A stretch of 64,000 nt of DNA from sequence record NC_042060.1. One strand, 5' to 3'. Below are positions 18,390-26,076 of the stretch, in pieces. Position 1 is the first letter of the stretch. Each line of letters opens with the position of its first letter. A program made the position numbers and the translations under genes. Under the pieces are notes generated by a model. It searched no databases. It worked only from the letters and a program-made list of their open reading frames with translations, and was not told the DNA's origin.

Positions 18390-18608
18390 TTAGGTTACCA
18401 TCTGCTCTATATAAACTCGGCTGATTTCATTTAAGTAAGCGAGTGCCAATAGAATACCAGCCCAAATAACAATTTTTCGAGTAGTCTGTTTTTCTATTAC
18501 ACCTGGGTGTGATTCACGAATACTACGGTGACAAAATACATAAAACAGATACAGACTCATTGTAACAAAGATAATGGTAAACCATCCTAGATAGATCATT
18601 TTCTTCAC
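18390..18608 (-). CDS. small two-TM membrane protein
   Basis: 72 aa, two hydrophobic helices, AGGTG at the start. Confidence 0.7.
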   Translation of the reverse strand: MKKMIYLGWFTIIFVTMSLYLFYVFCHRSIRESHPGVIEKQTTRKIVIWAGILLALAYLNEISRVYIEQMVT

Positions 18609-18627
18609 CTATTTTTATAAATAGAGT

Positions 18628-18957
18628 TTATAGTTTAGTCAGGCGGATGATTTCTTCTAAAGCTGCATCAACTTGATAATACGGCCATGAATCAACACGA
18701 GGTTCGTTATCAAAGTATGTCCAAAGTTGAATACCTTGGAGTTTATTGTAGAATACATTGATTCTGATTCCTTCATGGCCAACAAGACCTTCAATGTAAG
18801 CTGCACCATGCACATACGTAACATGTAGTGCGTACTCGCTATCTTCACCAGCGTATTGCATAGGTCTGGAGTAGATGAAGGAATAAGGATTAAATGGATC
18901 AGCCTGAGTGATATGTTCGAAGAATTCTTTCAAACTAGATTTTTTCATATTGGACAT
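18628..18957 (-). CDS. hypothetical protein
   Basis: 109-aa ORF, GAGGA RBS. Confidence 0.8.
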   Translation of the reverse strand: MSNMKKSSLKEFFEHITQADPFNPYSFIYSRPMQYAGEDSEYALHVTYVHGAAYIEGLVGHEGIRINVFYNKLQGIQLWTYFDNEPRVDSWPYYQVDAALEEIIRLTKL

Positions 18958-19019
18958 TATATTTTCCTCATGATTTATTAAGTCTATCTTCTAGGAGGTA
19001 GACTTAATACTATTCGATG

Positions 19020-19412
19020 TTATTTTAAGACGCCTGCCTTGTAACCTTTAACAACAGTTCTAGCTTCTAATGCACTGATTTCGCCAATGTGTTTACGCAG
19101 TGCTTTAATAGCGTTGATGGTAGGTTCATTATCCGCGATATGTCGCCAGTTTCCCTTACCCTTAATGAGTTCAACATCCTGGACATATAGGCCATCTTTA
19201 ACTAGATCCATTGTTTCCACCAACTTTTCGACTTCTTTAGTTAGATGCGTATGAAGACTGGCGAGGGACATGTCAGTCATTTGATGCACATCATAGAGAA
19301 AATCCCTATTATCAGAAGACGATAAAATCTCTTTGGTGAGTTTATTTACAGTGTCAATGTTTGCTGCAATTGAAACTAGCAGTGCGGTATATTTCTCTGC
19401 ATTATAATTCAT
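19020..19412 (-). CDS. coiled-coil protein with ribosomal L7/L12 C-terminal-like motif
   Basis: C-terminal TINAIKALRKHIGEISALEARTVVKGY resembles KIxVIKxVRxITGLGLKEAKDLVE. Confidence 0.6.
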   Translation of the reverse strand: MNYNAEKYTALLVSIAANIDTVNKLTKEILSSSDNRDFLYDVHQMTDMSLASLHTHLTKEVEKLVETMDLVKDGLYVQDVELIKGKGNWRHIADNEPTINAIKALRKHIGEISALEARTVVKGYKAGVLK

Positions 19413-19440
19413 TAATACGTATTCCTATTTAAAATTGGAT

Positions 19441-19584
19441 TTAGTGTAATGCAGTAATACTGCGAATATCTAATTCATGTAAATCATATTTCTTTAGGAA
19501 CTCATTCACCGCTTGCTGAATGGTGTACCCACTCGGAGATTCCCACTGAGTACCATTAAAAGCAATAATACGATAACCTACCAT
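19441..19584 (-). CDS. small hypothetical protein (47 aa)
   Basis: Below track cutoff; GAGGA RBS; MVGYRIIAFNGTQWESPSG... Confidence 0.65.
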   Translation of the reverse strand: MVGYRIIAFNGTQWESPSGYTIQQAVNEFLKKYDLHELDIRSITALH

Positions 19585-19606
19585 TTTTTATTCCTCTAAT
19601 CACAAA

Positions 19607-19636
19607 ATAAATACCCTCCCGAAGGAGGGTATTTAT
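19607..19636 (-). terminator. intrinsic terminator
   Basis: 13-bp stem, UUCG loop on the minus strand, T-tract. Confidence 0.85.
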
Positions 19637-19640
19637 ATCG

Positions 19641-20120
19641 TTACCAATTGATTACAGCGACAAACTCAAATACCCGACACAATTCTTTATCACGATGGGC
19701 ATGATGAAAAGATTTACCTTCAATACCGCAATACGGATAAAACAATTTTCGGTGTTCCGTGTCGCCGAACCAGAAGGTGGTGTTATTGGAATCAACCACA
19801 CCATGGATAGCCACATCACGAATGTACTGAAATACATGAACTGCCTTATCAGTGATCACTCGCAGTTCTACACCGTGTTCCTTCATCATAGCCAGGATGT
19901 CTTCCTTGGTGTAATCTGCTTGTTCAGCATTGGTCATGATCTTGTGAGTCAGAGAACGCTTTTCCTTGTCACCGAAACAGATACAGACCAATTGCACCAA
20001 CTGACCTTCTACCTTGAGACCACTGGTCGGTTTTAGTAGAACGAACTCATCATATTTGTAATCATTGGTGACAATCAGTGCCGACTTATTGCGAGTGACA
20101 ATACCTAAGCTATACGACAT
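19641..20120 (-). CDS. hypothetical protein
   Basis: 159-aa ORF, AAGGA RBS. Confidence 0.8.
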   Translation of the reverse strand: MSYSLGIVTRNKSALIVTNDYKYDEFVLLKPTSGLKVEGQLVQLVCICFGDKEKRSLTHKIMTNAEQADYTKEDILAMMKEHGVELRVITDKAVHVFQYIRDVAIHGVVDSNNTTFWFGDTEHRKLFYPYCGIEGKSFHHAHRDKELCRVFEFVAVINW

Positions 20121-20132
20121 AATTAATTTTCC

Positions 20133-21134
20133 TTATTTTAGAGTATGTTGGACCTTGTGGATGTCTTCCAGGCTAGTACCCAGACCAGAAGCCATGTAGA
20201 TATGTTCCTGGCCTACACGCTTGTGGAAACCAAGCAGAGCATCTACCGGATTTTCAATGGGGAAGTATTCGGTATTGTTGCAGTCCCAAGCAAACTCCCA
20301 TTCTCCATCACGAATCTCTATTTTGTTAGCACTGAGGTAAGTGATATTGATGGTATTTACAGTGGCATTACCACCAATGAGGTAGTACGATCCTTCATTG
20401 CTACGAACATCGATCCTACCGCCATCGATAGTGTCCTGATAGTAGAAACCACGGTCGAAGAATAACTTCAGCATCGAAGTGAAGTAGCTGTTCAATACAG
20501 CTTGAGCATCTTTCTCTTCGACCACCCATTTTCCATCAACGATGTTATTCAGGTAATTACGATCATGATTGATCCCGACATTATCCACGATGTCAGCGTA
20601 GTTCTTATGGAACTTAGCAATCTCGTACAAACGTTCCAGAGTAGCAAAACGGAAAGGACTGGTGGGATGCAGAGCCAGAATGATCCGACCTACGCTCCAC
20701 AAACCGGTCCCGTTGACCTCGTAACTTTCTTCGAGGTAACCTTTGATACCACAGTTAACTTCAAGTTCATCTGCTGGGAAACCGGTGCGGAGCCGCCTAC
20801 GGATAGCCAATAGTACCGATTCGGATTCTTCCGGATCGAACAGGTCTATGCCGAAAGTAATCCAGCTACCACGTACTTTGTGCTGGTATGCCAGGCGTAC
20901 AGTATCACCAAATGGAGAAATGAACCAGCGTTCGTCTTCCGATACGACCAAATGGCAACCACATTGCCACAGGGTACTTAGAGGATCGTTAGAGGCGAGA
21001 ATGCGCTTGGTGTCGTTCATATCCGACGAAGTAGCATCTGGACTGCCATGTAGGTGTGTCAGAATAAACAGAAGCGATGATTCTGTAGTTTGAGCACTCA
21101 ACATTGCGCGAGTGATGGTTGCATTGATGATCAT
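20133..21134 (-). CDS. hypothetical protein
   Basis: 333-aa ORF, AAGGA RBS. Confidence 0.8.
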   Translation of the reverse strand: MIINATITRAMLSAQTTESSLLFILTHLHGSPDATSSDMNDTKRILASNDPLSTLWQCGCHLVVSEDERWFISPFGDTVRLAYQHKVRGSWITFGIDLFDPEESESVLLAIRRRLRTGFPADELEVNCGIKGYLEESYEVNGTGLWSVGRIILALHPTSPFRFATLERLYEIAKFHKNYADIVDNVGINHDRNYLNNIVDGKWVVEEKDAQAVLNSYFTSMLKLFFDRGFYYQDTIDGGRIDVRSNEGSYYLIGGNATVNTINITYLSANKIEIRDGEWEFAWDCNNTEYFPIENPVDALLGFHKRVGQEHIYMASGLGTSLEDIHKVQHTLK

Positions 21135-21205
21135 GAGATATCTTCCTTTTTACAGTTTATGAATATATTGCTAAATAAAAAAATATTACGATGTAGAAAA
21201 TAAAA

Positions 21206-21223
21206 GGGAGTCCGAAGACTCCC
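21206..21223 (-). terminator. intrinsic terminator
   Basis: gggagtc-UUCG-gactccc then TTTTATTTT on the minus strand. Confidence 0.85.
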
Positions 21224-21238
21224 ATTATTGCGTGTAAT

Positions 21239-22351
21239 CTATTTGATGATAACCGCTTTAGAAAGAGTTTCCATACTTCCAATAACTAATTTGGATTTCT
21301 CTTCTTCAGGGTTCTCCATTGCTTCACGCAGGAGTTCACCAATAGTTTTGGGTTGAACATCATCACTGATTTCACGCGAGCATGCCGAGTCGTCGTACAT
21401 ATCAAACACATTCAGATCATCATCATCCAGGGGCGTGCTGTCATTCCATGAATAGCTTGATTCATCCGAGGTATCATCAGACTCACCATACTGTTCACTG
21501 AGGTCACGGTCCAGTTCAGCCTCATACATCTCGCTAATTGCTTTATCGTCTTCTTCTTGCGCCTTACGACGAGAAGTCTTGTAGAACGGAAGCAGGCGTT
21601 GCAGGACTTTATGGAACTTCTTCTTGCTGATCAACCAGCTAACAGAGTAGCGAGACAGCTTTACTTCAGCTGCTTTGATAGTCGGATCGGAGTACAGCGC
21701 CATGACTAGCTTGTCCAGTTTGTGCAGATGATCTTTAAACGAGTTTGCATAAGCAGGATGTTCCCGAAGAGTGAACATCACAAACGAACGCATGTCAGTG
21801 ATATAGTACTGACTGTGATGTTTGTTGATTTCGATGTATACCGGATCTACTGCGCGGTTATAATCGAATTCCTCTGCCCAGGTAAGGCTACGTACTTTAG
21901 TAGGACGAGGACCTTCTGCCCAACGAACAGTCGGATGTTTCTCACGGATGTTCCAACCATGATTGCGATCATACTCGGTTGACTCTTCTTTGAACCAGGT
22001 GAAATTACCTTCACCGCGCGATACAATACCACGGCACCAACTGACGTTGATTGCCTTGTTACGGCTTTCAGTAAGATCACAGGGCATGTCCAGAATAGCG
22101 ACATAACTGTTATGACCATTGGCCACAACGCCGAGAACAGTAGCTTCGAATGTCTCGTAGCGCTGTCCAGGATACACACGTTCATTCTCATCCAGGTAAC
22201 GAAGGGAGCAGGATTCGAAGATAGCACGAGTACCGGCAGGGAAATGGGCACGACCGAAAGGTTGTTCGGCCTTTCTTTCTTTACGACGGCTGATAACCCA
22301 TTCCAGTTTTTCTTTGGTCAGACGGGTTACGGGTTCACGATATTGTTTCAT
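21239..22351 (-). CDS. early protein with acidic tail; probably the ribosome-binding phiKZ014 orthologue
   Basis: 370 aa, basic N-terminus, Asp/Glu/Ser-rich C-terminal region; orthology from counting genes from DHFR (gp004) and terL (gp025). Confidence 0.6.
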   Translation of the reverse strand: MKQYREPVTRLTKEKLEWVISRRKERKAEQPFGRAHFPAGTRAIFESCSLRYLDENERVYPGQRYETFEATVLGVVANGHNSYVAILDMPCDLTESRNKAINVSWCRGIVSRGEGNFTWFKEESTEYDRNHGWNIREKHPTVRWAEGPRPTKVRSLTWAEEFDYNRAVDPVYIEINKHHSQYYITDMRSFVMFTLREHPAYANSFKDHLHKLDKLVMALYSDPTIKAAEVKLSRYSVSWLISKKKFHKVLQRLLPFYKTSRRKAQEEDDKAISEMYEAELDRDLSEQYGESDDTSDESSYSWNDSTPLDDDDLNVFDMYDDSACSREISDDVQPKTIGELLREAMENPEEEKSKLVIGSMETLSKAVIIK

Positions 22352-22448
22352 GGTGTATTTTCCTTTTTACGATTAATTTGGATTATGTACATCCCAATGC
22401 ATCCTTTCCAAGATACATTGGGATGGAGTCTCCGAAGAGACCCATCTA

Positions 22449-23051
22449 TTATTCCTGGGTCAGTTCCCCAAGACGACCTTCAGCTTTCATACGGCGGATT
22501 TCCGAAATGGACTTACCGTATTTTGCAGCCAGTTCCTTTACGGTGCCTTCAGGGGCAGGTTTACTCATGTTGCGAAAGTTTTGCTTGGCGATGTTGTAGT
22601 TTTGAGCTTGAAGAGTTCTCAGCTCAGAACGAACCAGAGCATTGCCAATGCACTGAGAGGTGAAAGTGACCATGAAAGACTTCAGCTTATCACGGTACGT
22701 ATTGACCCATGCACAGGATTCATCCACGTGCGTGCACATGTACTCGGCGGCTTTGGCATATTCCAACAAGCCGACTGCATCTGGTCCAACATCCTGGTAA
22801 ACCATTTTGTTGAAAAGGCCCAGTGCGATATCAGATGCACGTTCAGCTGTAATGAAATCGATTGCATCATTAATGATCAACGTTTCCAGATCTTTGAACT
22901 TAACCGCATCGTTTTTGATCAACGCCAGCATAGCGTCAACCTTTACGGTCAACATCATGTCTTCATTACGACGATTGACCAGTTCATTGGTCTGCTCTTG
23001 GGTGAACACATGGTCCACGTTTTGGAAGACTTTCGACAGACGACTATCCAT
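22449..23051 (-). CDS. hypothetical protein with C-terminal HTH-like motif
   Basis: 200 aa; TVKELAAKYGKSISEIRRMKAEG. Confidence 0.75.
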   Translation of the reverse strand: MDSRLSKVFQNVDHVFTQEQTNELVNRRNEDMMLTVKVDAMLALIKNDAVKFKDLETLIINDAIDFITAERASDIALGLFNKMVYQDVGPDAVGLLEYAKAAEYMCTHVDESCAWVNTYRDKLKSFMVTFTSQCIGNALVRSELRTLQAQNYNIAKQNFRNMSKPAPEGTVKELAAKYGKSISEIRRMKAEGRLGELTQE

Positions 23052-23228
23052 TTATTTATCCTCATTTACAGTGAATGCAAACATAGTACATTTCGGTTTA
23101 GCCGGATGTTGACACCATTCCTTCGAAACCTTACCTTCGGGTTTGGTCAGTTCATAATAGAACTCACCGCAAGCAGCAGCGAGTCCCATCAGAACTGCAA
23201 GAAAACCTACACCTATTTTGGTTTTCAC
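23052..23228 (-). CDS. small putative lipoprotein or secreted protein (58 aa)
   Basis: Below track cutoff; GTGA overlap with upstream stop and abuts next ATG; MKTKIGVGFLAVLMGLAAAC signal-like start. Confidence 0.65.
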   Translation of the reverse strand: MKTKIGVGFLAVLMGLAAACGEFYYELTKPEGKVSKEWCQHPAKPKCTMFAFTVNEDK

Positions 23229-23971
23229 TTAGTGATGATCCGTTGTACGAAATGTTGGAGATTTGCAACCAGCCGATCGAACTCTTCCTCGGTCAGCTGA
23301 TCACGATGAGATTCCAGAAGTACTTCTACCTCCGGAAGAACGTTCAGAGCGATGTCCAGCTGGATACGCGAAATGAACTCTGCGACATCCAGTTCACGAT
23401 CACGACGAAGATGATTTACCAGCTTGCGATGTTGTTCACTGTTACAGTAGGTGGAGATCTTATCGATAAGAATATCAGAGATACTGCTTTCGATCTGTTC
23501 GGCTACAGCCTGACCGTCTTCCTTTATGGTAGCTTTGACCGCGAGGATGGCAGCAACGGCTGTTGCGCCAACTGCCAATGCAATAAGACCAAGACCAAGT
23601 GCGTTTTCTTTGATGAAGTTCATATTGATTATCCTTTCAAAGTTGTTTACATCATTGAAGATATCAGGACCCACCGAGAGACTTCCCAGAAGATCCGGAG
23701 CAATGTAAACAGAGTTGAGGGTTTCGTATACACCGGTAACAGCATCTACGTTAACCAGGCTAGAACTGCGCATGGGTACCCATTCACCGTTACGGAAGGC
23801 TTCACCGACCAGTACACGAACATCATCTACGTCAGTGCGGTTCGGCCATAGATCCTTACCTTCTACTATTTTTACATTACGAGCATGGTAGACCAGTTTA
23901 CCATTCATGCGAGCAACGATATTCGGACGGCACATGTTGTCGATTACTTTAACTGCTACGGACTTTTCCAT
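23225..23971 (-). CDS. hypothetical protein, central TM helix; possible fusion of two genes
   Basis: 248 aa; internal AAAGGA RBS before in-frame ATG 23623. Confidence 0.75.
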   Translation of the reverse strand: MEKSVAVKVIDNMCRPNIVARMNGKLVYHARNVKIVEGKDLWPNRTDVDDVRVLVGEAFRNGEWVPMRSSSLVNVDAVTGVYETLNSVYIAPDLLGSLSVGPDIFNDVNNFERIINMNFIKENALGLGLIALAVGATAVAAILAVKATIKEDGQAVAEQIESSISDILIDKISTYCNSEQHRKLVNHLRRDRELDVAEFISRIQLDIALNVLPEVEVLLESHRDQLTEEEFDRLVANLQHFVQRIITK

Positions 23972-23981
23972 TTTTATTTCT

Positions 23982-24131
23982 CTATTTAGTTACGAGCATT
24001 TCTTGACCATTGGGACCGATACGATGACCGAGGATAACAGTTTCATTAGAAATAGTTTGCTCTTCAAACTTAGCGTTTACAAACAGTCCACCAAAAGTCA
24101 AACCAATAACCACTAGTGCGAATGCTTTCAT
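23982..24131 (-). CDS. small membrane or secreted protein (49 aa)
   Basis: Below track cutoff; first ORF after a promoter cassette; MKAFALVVIGLTFGGLFVNA. Confidence 0.7.
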   Translation of the reverse strand: MKAFALVVIGLTFGGLFVNAKFEEQTISNETVILGHRIGPNGQEMLVTK

Positions 24132-24141
24132 TTTTAAAGTC

Positions 24142-24194
24142 CCTTTTTACATTAATTGAAGGTTAAATATCAAGTTAGTAATATACTGTTTAAA
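24142..24194 (-). repeat. 53-bp promoter/5' UTR cassette, copy 1
   Basis: Identical to 25993-26045. Confidence 0.9.
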
Positions 24195-24205
24195 TATGTT
24201 TGAAT
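24178..24205 (-). promoter_or_regulatory. early promoter motif TTTAAA-N3-TATATTAC
   Basis: Minus strand ATTCAAACATATTTAAACAGTATATTAC; fits the described phiKZ early class. Confidence 0.75.
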
Positions 24206-24221
24206 AAGGGAGTAGTAGTTA

Positions 24222-24482
24222 TTACATATCGTGCAGGTAGGTCTCATCAATGATGGCACGGGCTAGCTCAATGAGACTATCTTCATCAACAACAATGTTA
24301 CCATCTTTCCAGGTAGCGCTATGGGATAACCAGTTACGGTAATCCTTACCTCGTACAGGATTGATGCATACCTGACGAGTAGCTGCATCACGGTCACCAC
24401 GGAAACCCATGATAGCACGTGCACGACGGATTGCTTCTTTCTCCAAGTCTTCGTCAGATTTAAAAGTCAGGAAAGTTGTCAT
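24222..24482 (-). CDS. hypothetical protein
   Basis: 86-aa ORF after a promoter cassette, AAAGGA RBS. Confidence 0.8.
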   Translation of the reverse strand: MTTFLTFKSDEDLEKEAIRRARAIMGFRGDRDAATRQVCINPVRGKDYRNWLSHSATWKDGNIVVDEDSLIELARAIIDETYLHDM

Positions 24483-24527
24483 AGTTTGATTCCTTTTTAC
24501 TGATTTAATAGGTTTAATTACACTGTT

Positions 24528-24556
24528 GTGATATACTGGTTAAAATGGTTTGAATG
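24528..24556 (-). promoter_or_regulatory. early promoter motif variant (TATATCAC)
   Basis: ATTCAAACCATTTTAACCAGTATATCAC on the minus strand. Confidence 0.65.
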
Positions 24557-24563
24557 TATTATT

Positions 24564-24896
24564 TCATTTCCACAGACGACAATAGTCATCTACATGTCGA
24601 GTGATTTCTGCAACAGCCCTGAGTCGCCGGCGGCCAGTTAATTTAGAGCAGTGTTTATTAACTAATGTATCAACAGTTTTACGTAACCTAACACAGCGTT
24701 CTTCATTAGGTATATCTTGTTCGATAAACAGGCTAGTTAATTTATGGATTTCCATATGGATTTTCTTACATACATCGTTAGCCGATTTTTCTTCATTTAA
24801 TTTGTTGTATGATTCGACTAACTTAACAATAGTTGTAGCAACAGTAGTTGCGGCAACAAAAATTTGAATACCATTGATAAAATTTTTATTAAACAT
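24564..24896 (-). CDS. hypothetical protein with N-terminal hydrophobic helix
   Basis: 110 aa, GGAG RBS. Confidence 0.75.
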   Translation of the reverse strand: MFNKNFINGIQIFVAATTVATTIVKLVESYNKLNEEKSANDVCKKIHMEIHKLTSLFIEQDIPNEERCVRLRKTVDTLVNKHCSKLTGRRRLRAVAEITRHVDDYCRLWK

Positions 24897-24947
24897 TTTT
24901 AAACTCCAACTAATGTATTAAAAAAATATGTCTATATTGAAAATAAA

Positions 24948-24967
24948 GCCCTCCCCGAAGGGAGGGT
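24948..24967 (-). terminator. intrinsic terminator
   Basis: ccctccc-UUCG-gggaggg then TTTATTTT on the minus strand. Confidence 0.85.
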
Positions 24968-24997
24968 GTATGTCGCCAATAAGTGTTACTAATTTAT

Positions 24998-25210
24998 TTA
25001 GTTAGTTTGACCATACGTTCTTTCAAAGTTGTTTACATCATAACCTGAGTGGTGTGTTGCAGAACCACCTGAAGTAGTATCTATAATCTTAACTACCACT
25101 TCATCATTTTCAATGTAAACCGACAGTTTATCTCGCATAAAATCCACGTGGTCATTTCGAGAACGTAGATATTTCATTACAGCTTCGCCACTGATTTTAC
25201 TGTTAGCCAT
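24998..25210 (-). CDS. hypothetical protein
   Basis: 70 aa, GAGGA RBS. Confidence 0.7.
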   Translation of the reverse strand: MANSKISGEAVMKYLRSRNDHVDFMRDKLSVYIENDEVVVKIIDTTSGGSATHHSGYDVNNFERTYGQTN

Positions 25211-25212
25211 TA

Positions 25213-25449
25213 TTATTTCCTCGATTGATTCCAGTTAAAATTATCTTTTGCATTTTTAGTGAAGAACCCGTTACCCCAACCAAATGAGTATCTAAAGTCC
25301 TTGATTACACCAACATCCGAATCGATAACCTTATATTCAATGACTTTATCACTATTCTCCAGAATGACTAAGATCGCGATAAGATCTTTAGGATCACCTA
25401 CAGTCAATTCATGTCTTTCAGACTCGTCTCTGTGGATAACGATGTACAT
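25213..25449 (-). CDS. hypothetical protein
   Basis: 78 aa, tightly packed. Confidence 0.7.
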   Translation of the reverse strand: MYIVIHRDESERHELTVGDPKDLIAILVILENSDKVIEYKVIDSDVGVIKDFRYSFGWGNGFFTKNAKDNFNWNQSRK

Positions 25450-25466
25450 GGTACTTTATCCTCTAA

Positions 25467-25982
25467 TTATACCCATTTAGTTACTGGGAGTTCGAAGGTT
25501 TCACACAAGTCGAGTACTTTACGATGTTCCAAGTTATTTTCTGGATAGAAGGTAATGGGTGTAGTCGGACTACCCCAATTAACACGACATCCAGTTTCTT
25601 TATGGATTTCGCCAAGTACAGTATATGCACCTGCCCCATCTGCATAACCCATTTGATTAGGGTTAACGCAGATTTGAGTAAAACGCTCCGTCAATACTCG
25701 ATTAATAGTGATGGTCAAGAGACGAACGAACTCACGAGTCTTCTCGATGTCGTCTACCCAGAATTCCAGAAGGATCCATTTCCCATGAGGGTTATCATGC
25801 CCACCTTGGAAGAATACACAGAAACCTTCTTTTGCCTTATAAAACTCGTGATTGGTAATGTTACATTCAACCATTTGTTTCACTGCATGCCATACACGCT
25901 CGGTGACATAATCACCATAAAGTTCGATGCAGTGACCACGGCCAGGGAATTGTTCTTTTTTAGAAAATTTAATTTCGAACAT
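25467..25982 (-). CDS. hypothetical protein
   Basis: 171 aa, first ORF after a promoter cassette. Confidence 0.8.
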   Translation of the reverse strand: MFEIKFSKKEQFPGRGHCIELYGDYVTERVWHAVKQMVECNITNHEFYKAKEGFCVFFQGGHDNPHGKWILLEFWVDDIEKTREFVRLLTITINRVLTERFTQICVNPNQMGYADGAGAYTVLGEIHKETGCRVNWGSPTTPITFYPENNLEHRKVLDLCETFELPVTKWV

Positions 25983-25992
25983 GGTATAGATT

Positions 25993-26045
25993 CCTTTTTA
26001 CATTAATTGAAGGTTAAATATCAAGTTAGTAATATACTGTTTAAA
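25993..26045 (-). repeat. 53-bp promoter/5' UTR cassette, copy 2 (TATATTAC core at 26029-26036)
   Basis: Identical to 24142-24194. Confidence 0.9.
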
Positions 26046-26076
26046 ATGGTTTGAATGTATTATCGGTAGGGGAGGG

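Noticed and set aside
22378-22599. Track ORF MDYVHPNAS... labelled minus strand
   Set aside because: The peptide reads from the plus strand (TTG 22378 to TAG 22599), so the label is inconsistent. It is antisense to a real gene and crosses a hairpin region, so it is treated as spurious.
15492-24867. Many plus-strand ORFs of 60-240 aa (for example 22112-22663, 22581-23300, 23243-23851)
   Set aside because: All are antisense shadows of well-supported minus-strand genes in the GC-richer block, where stops are rarer. No RBS or motif support.
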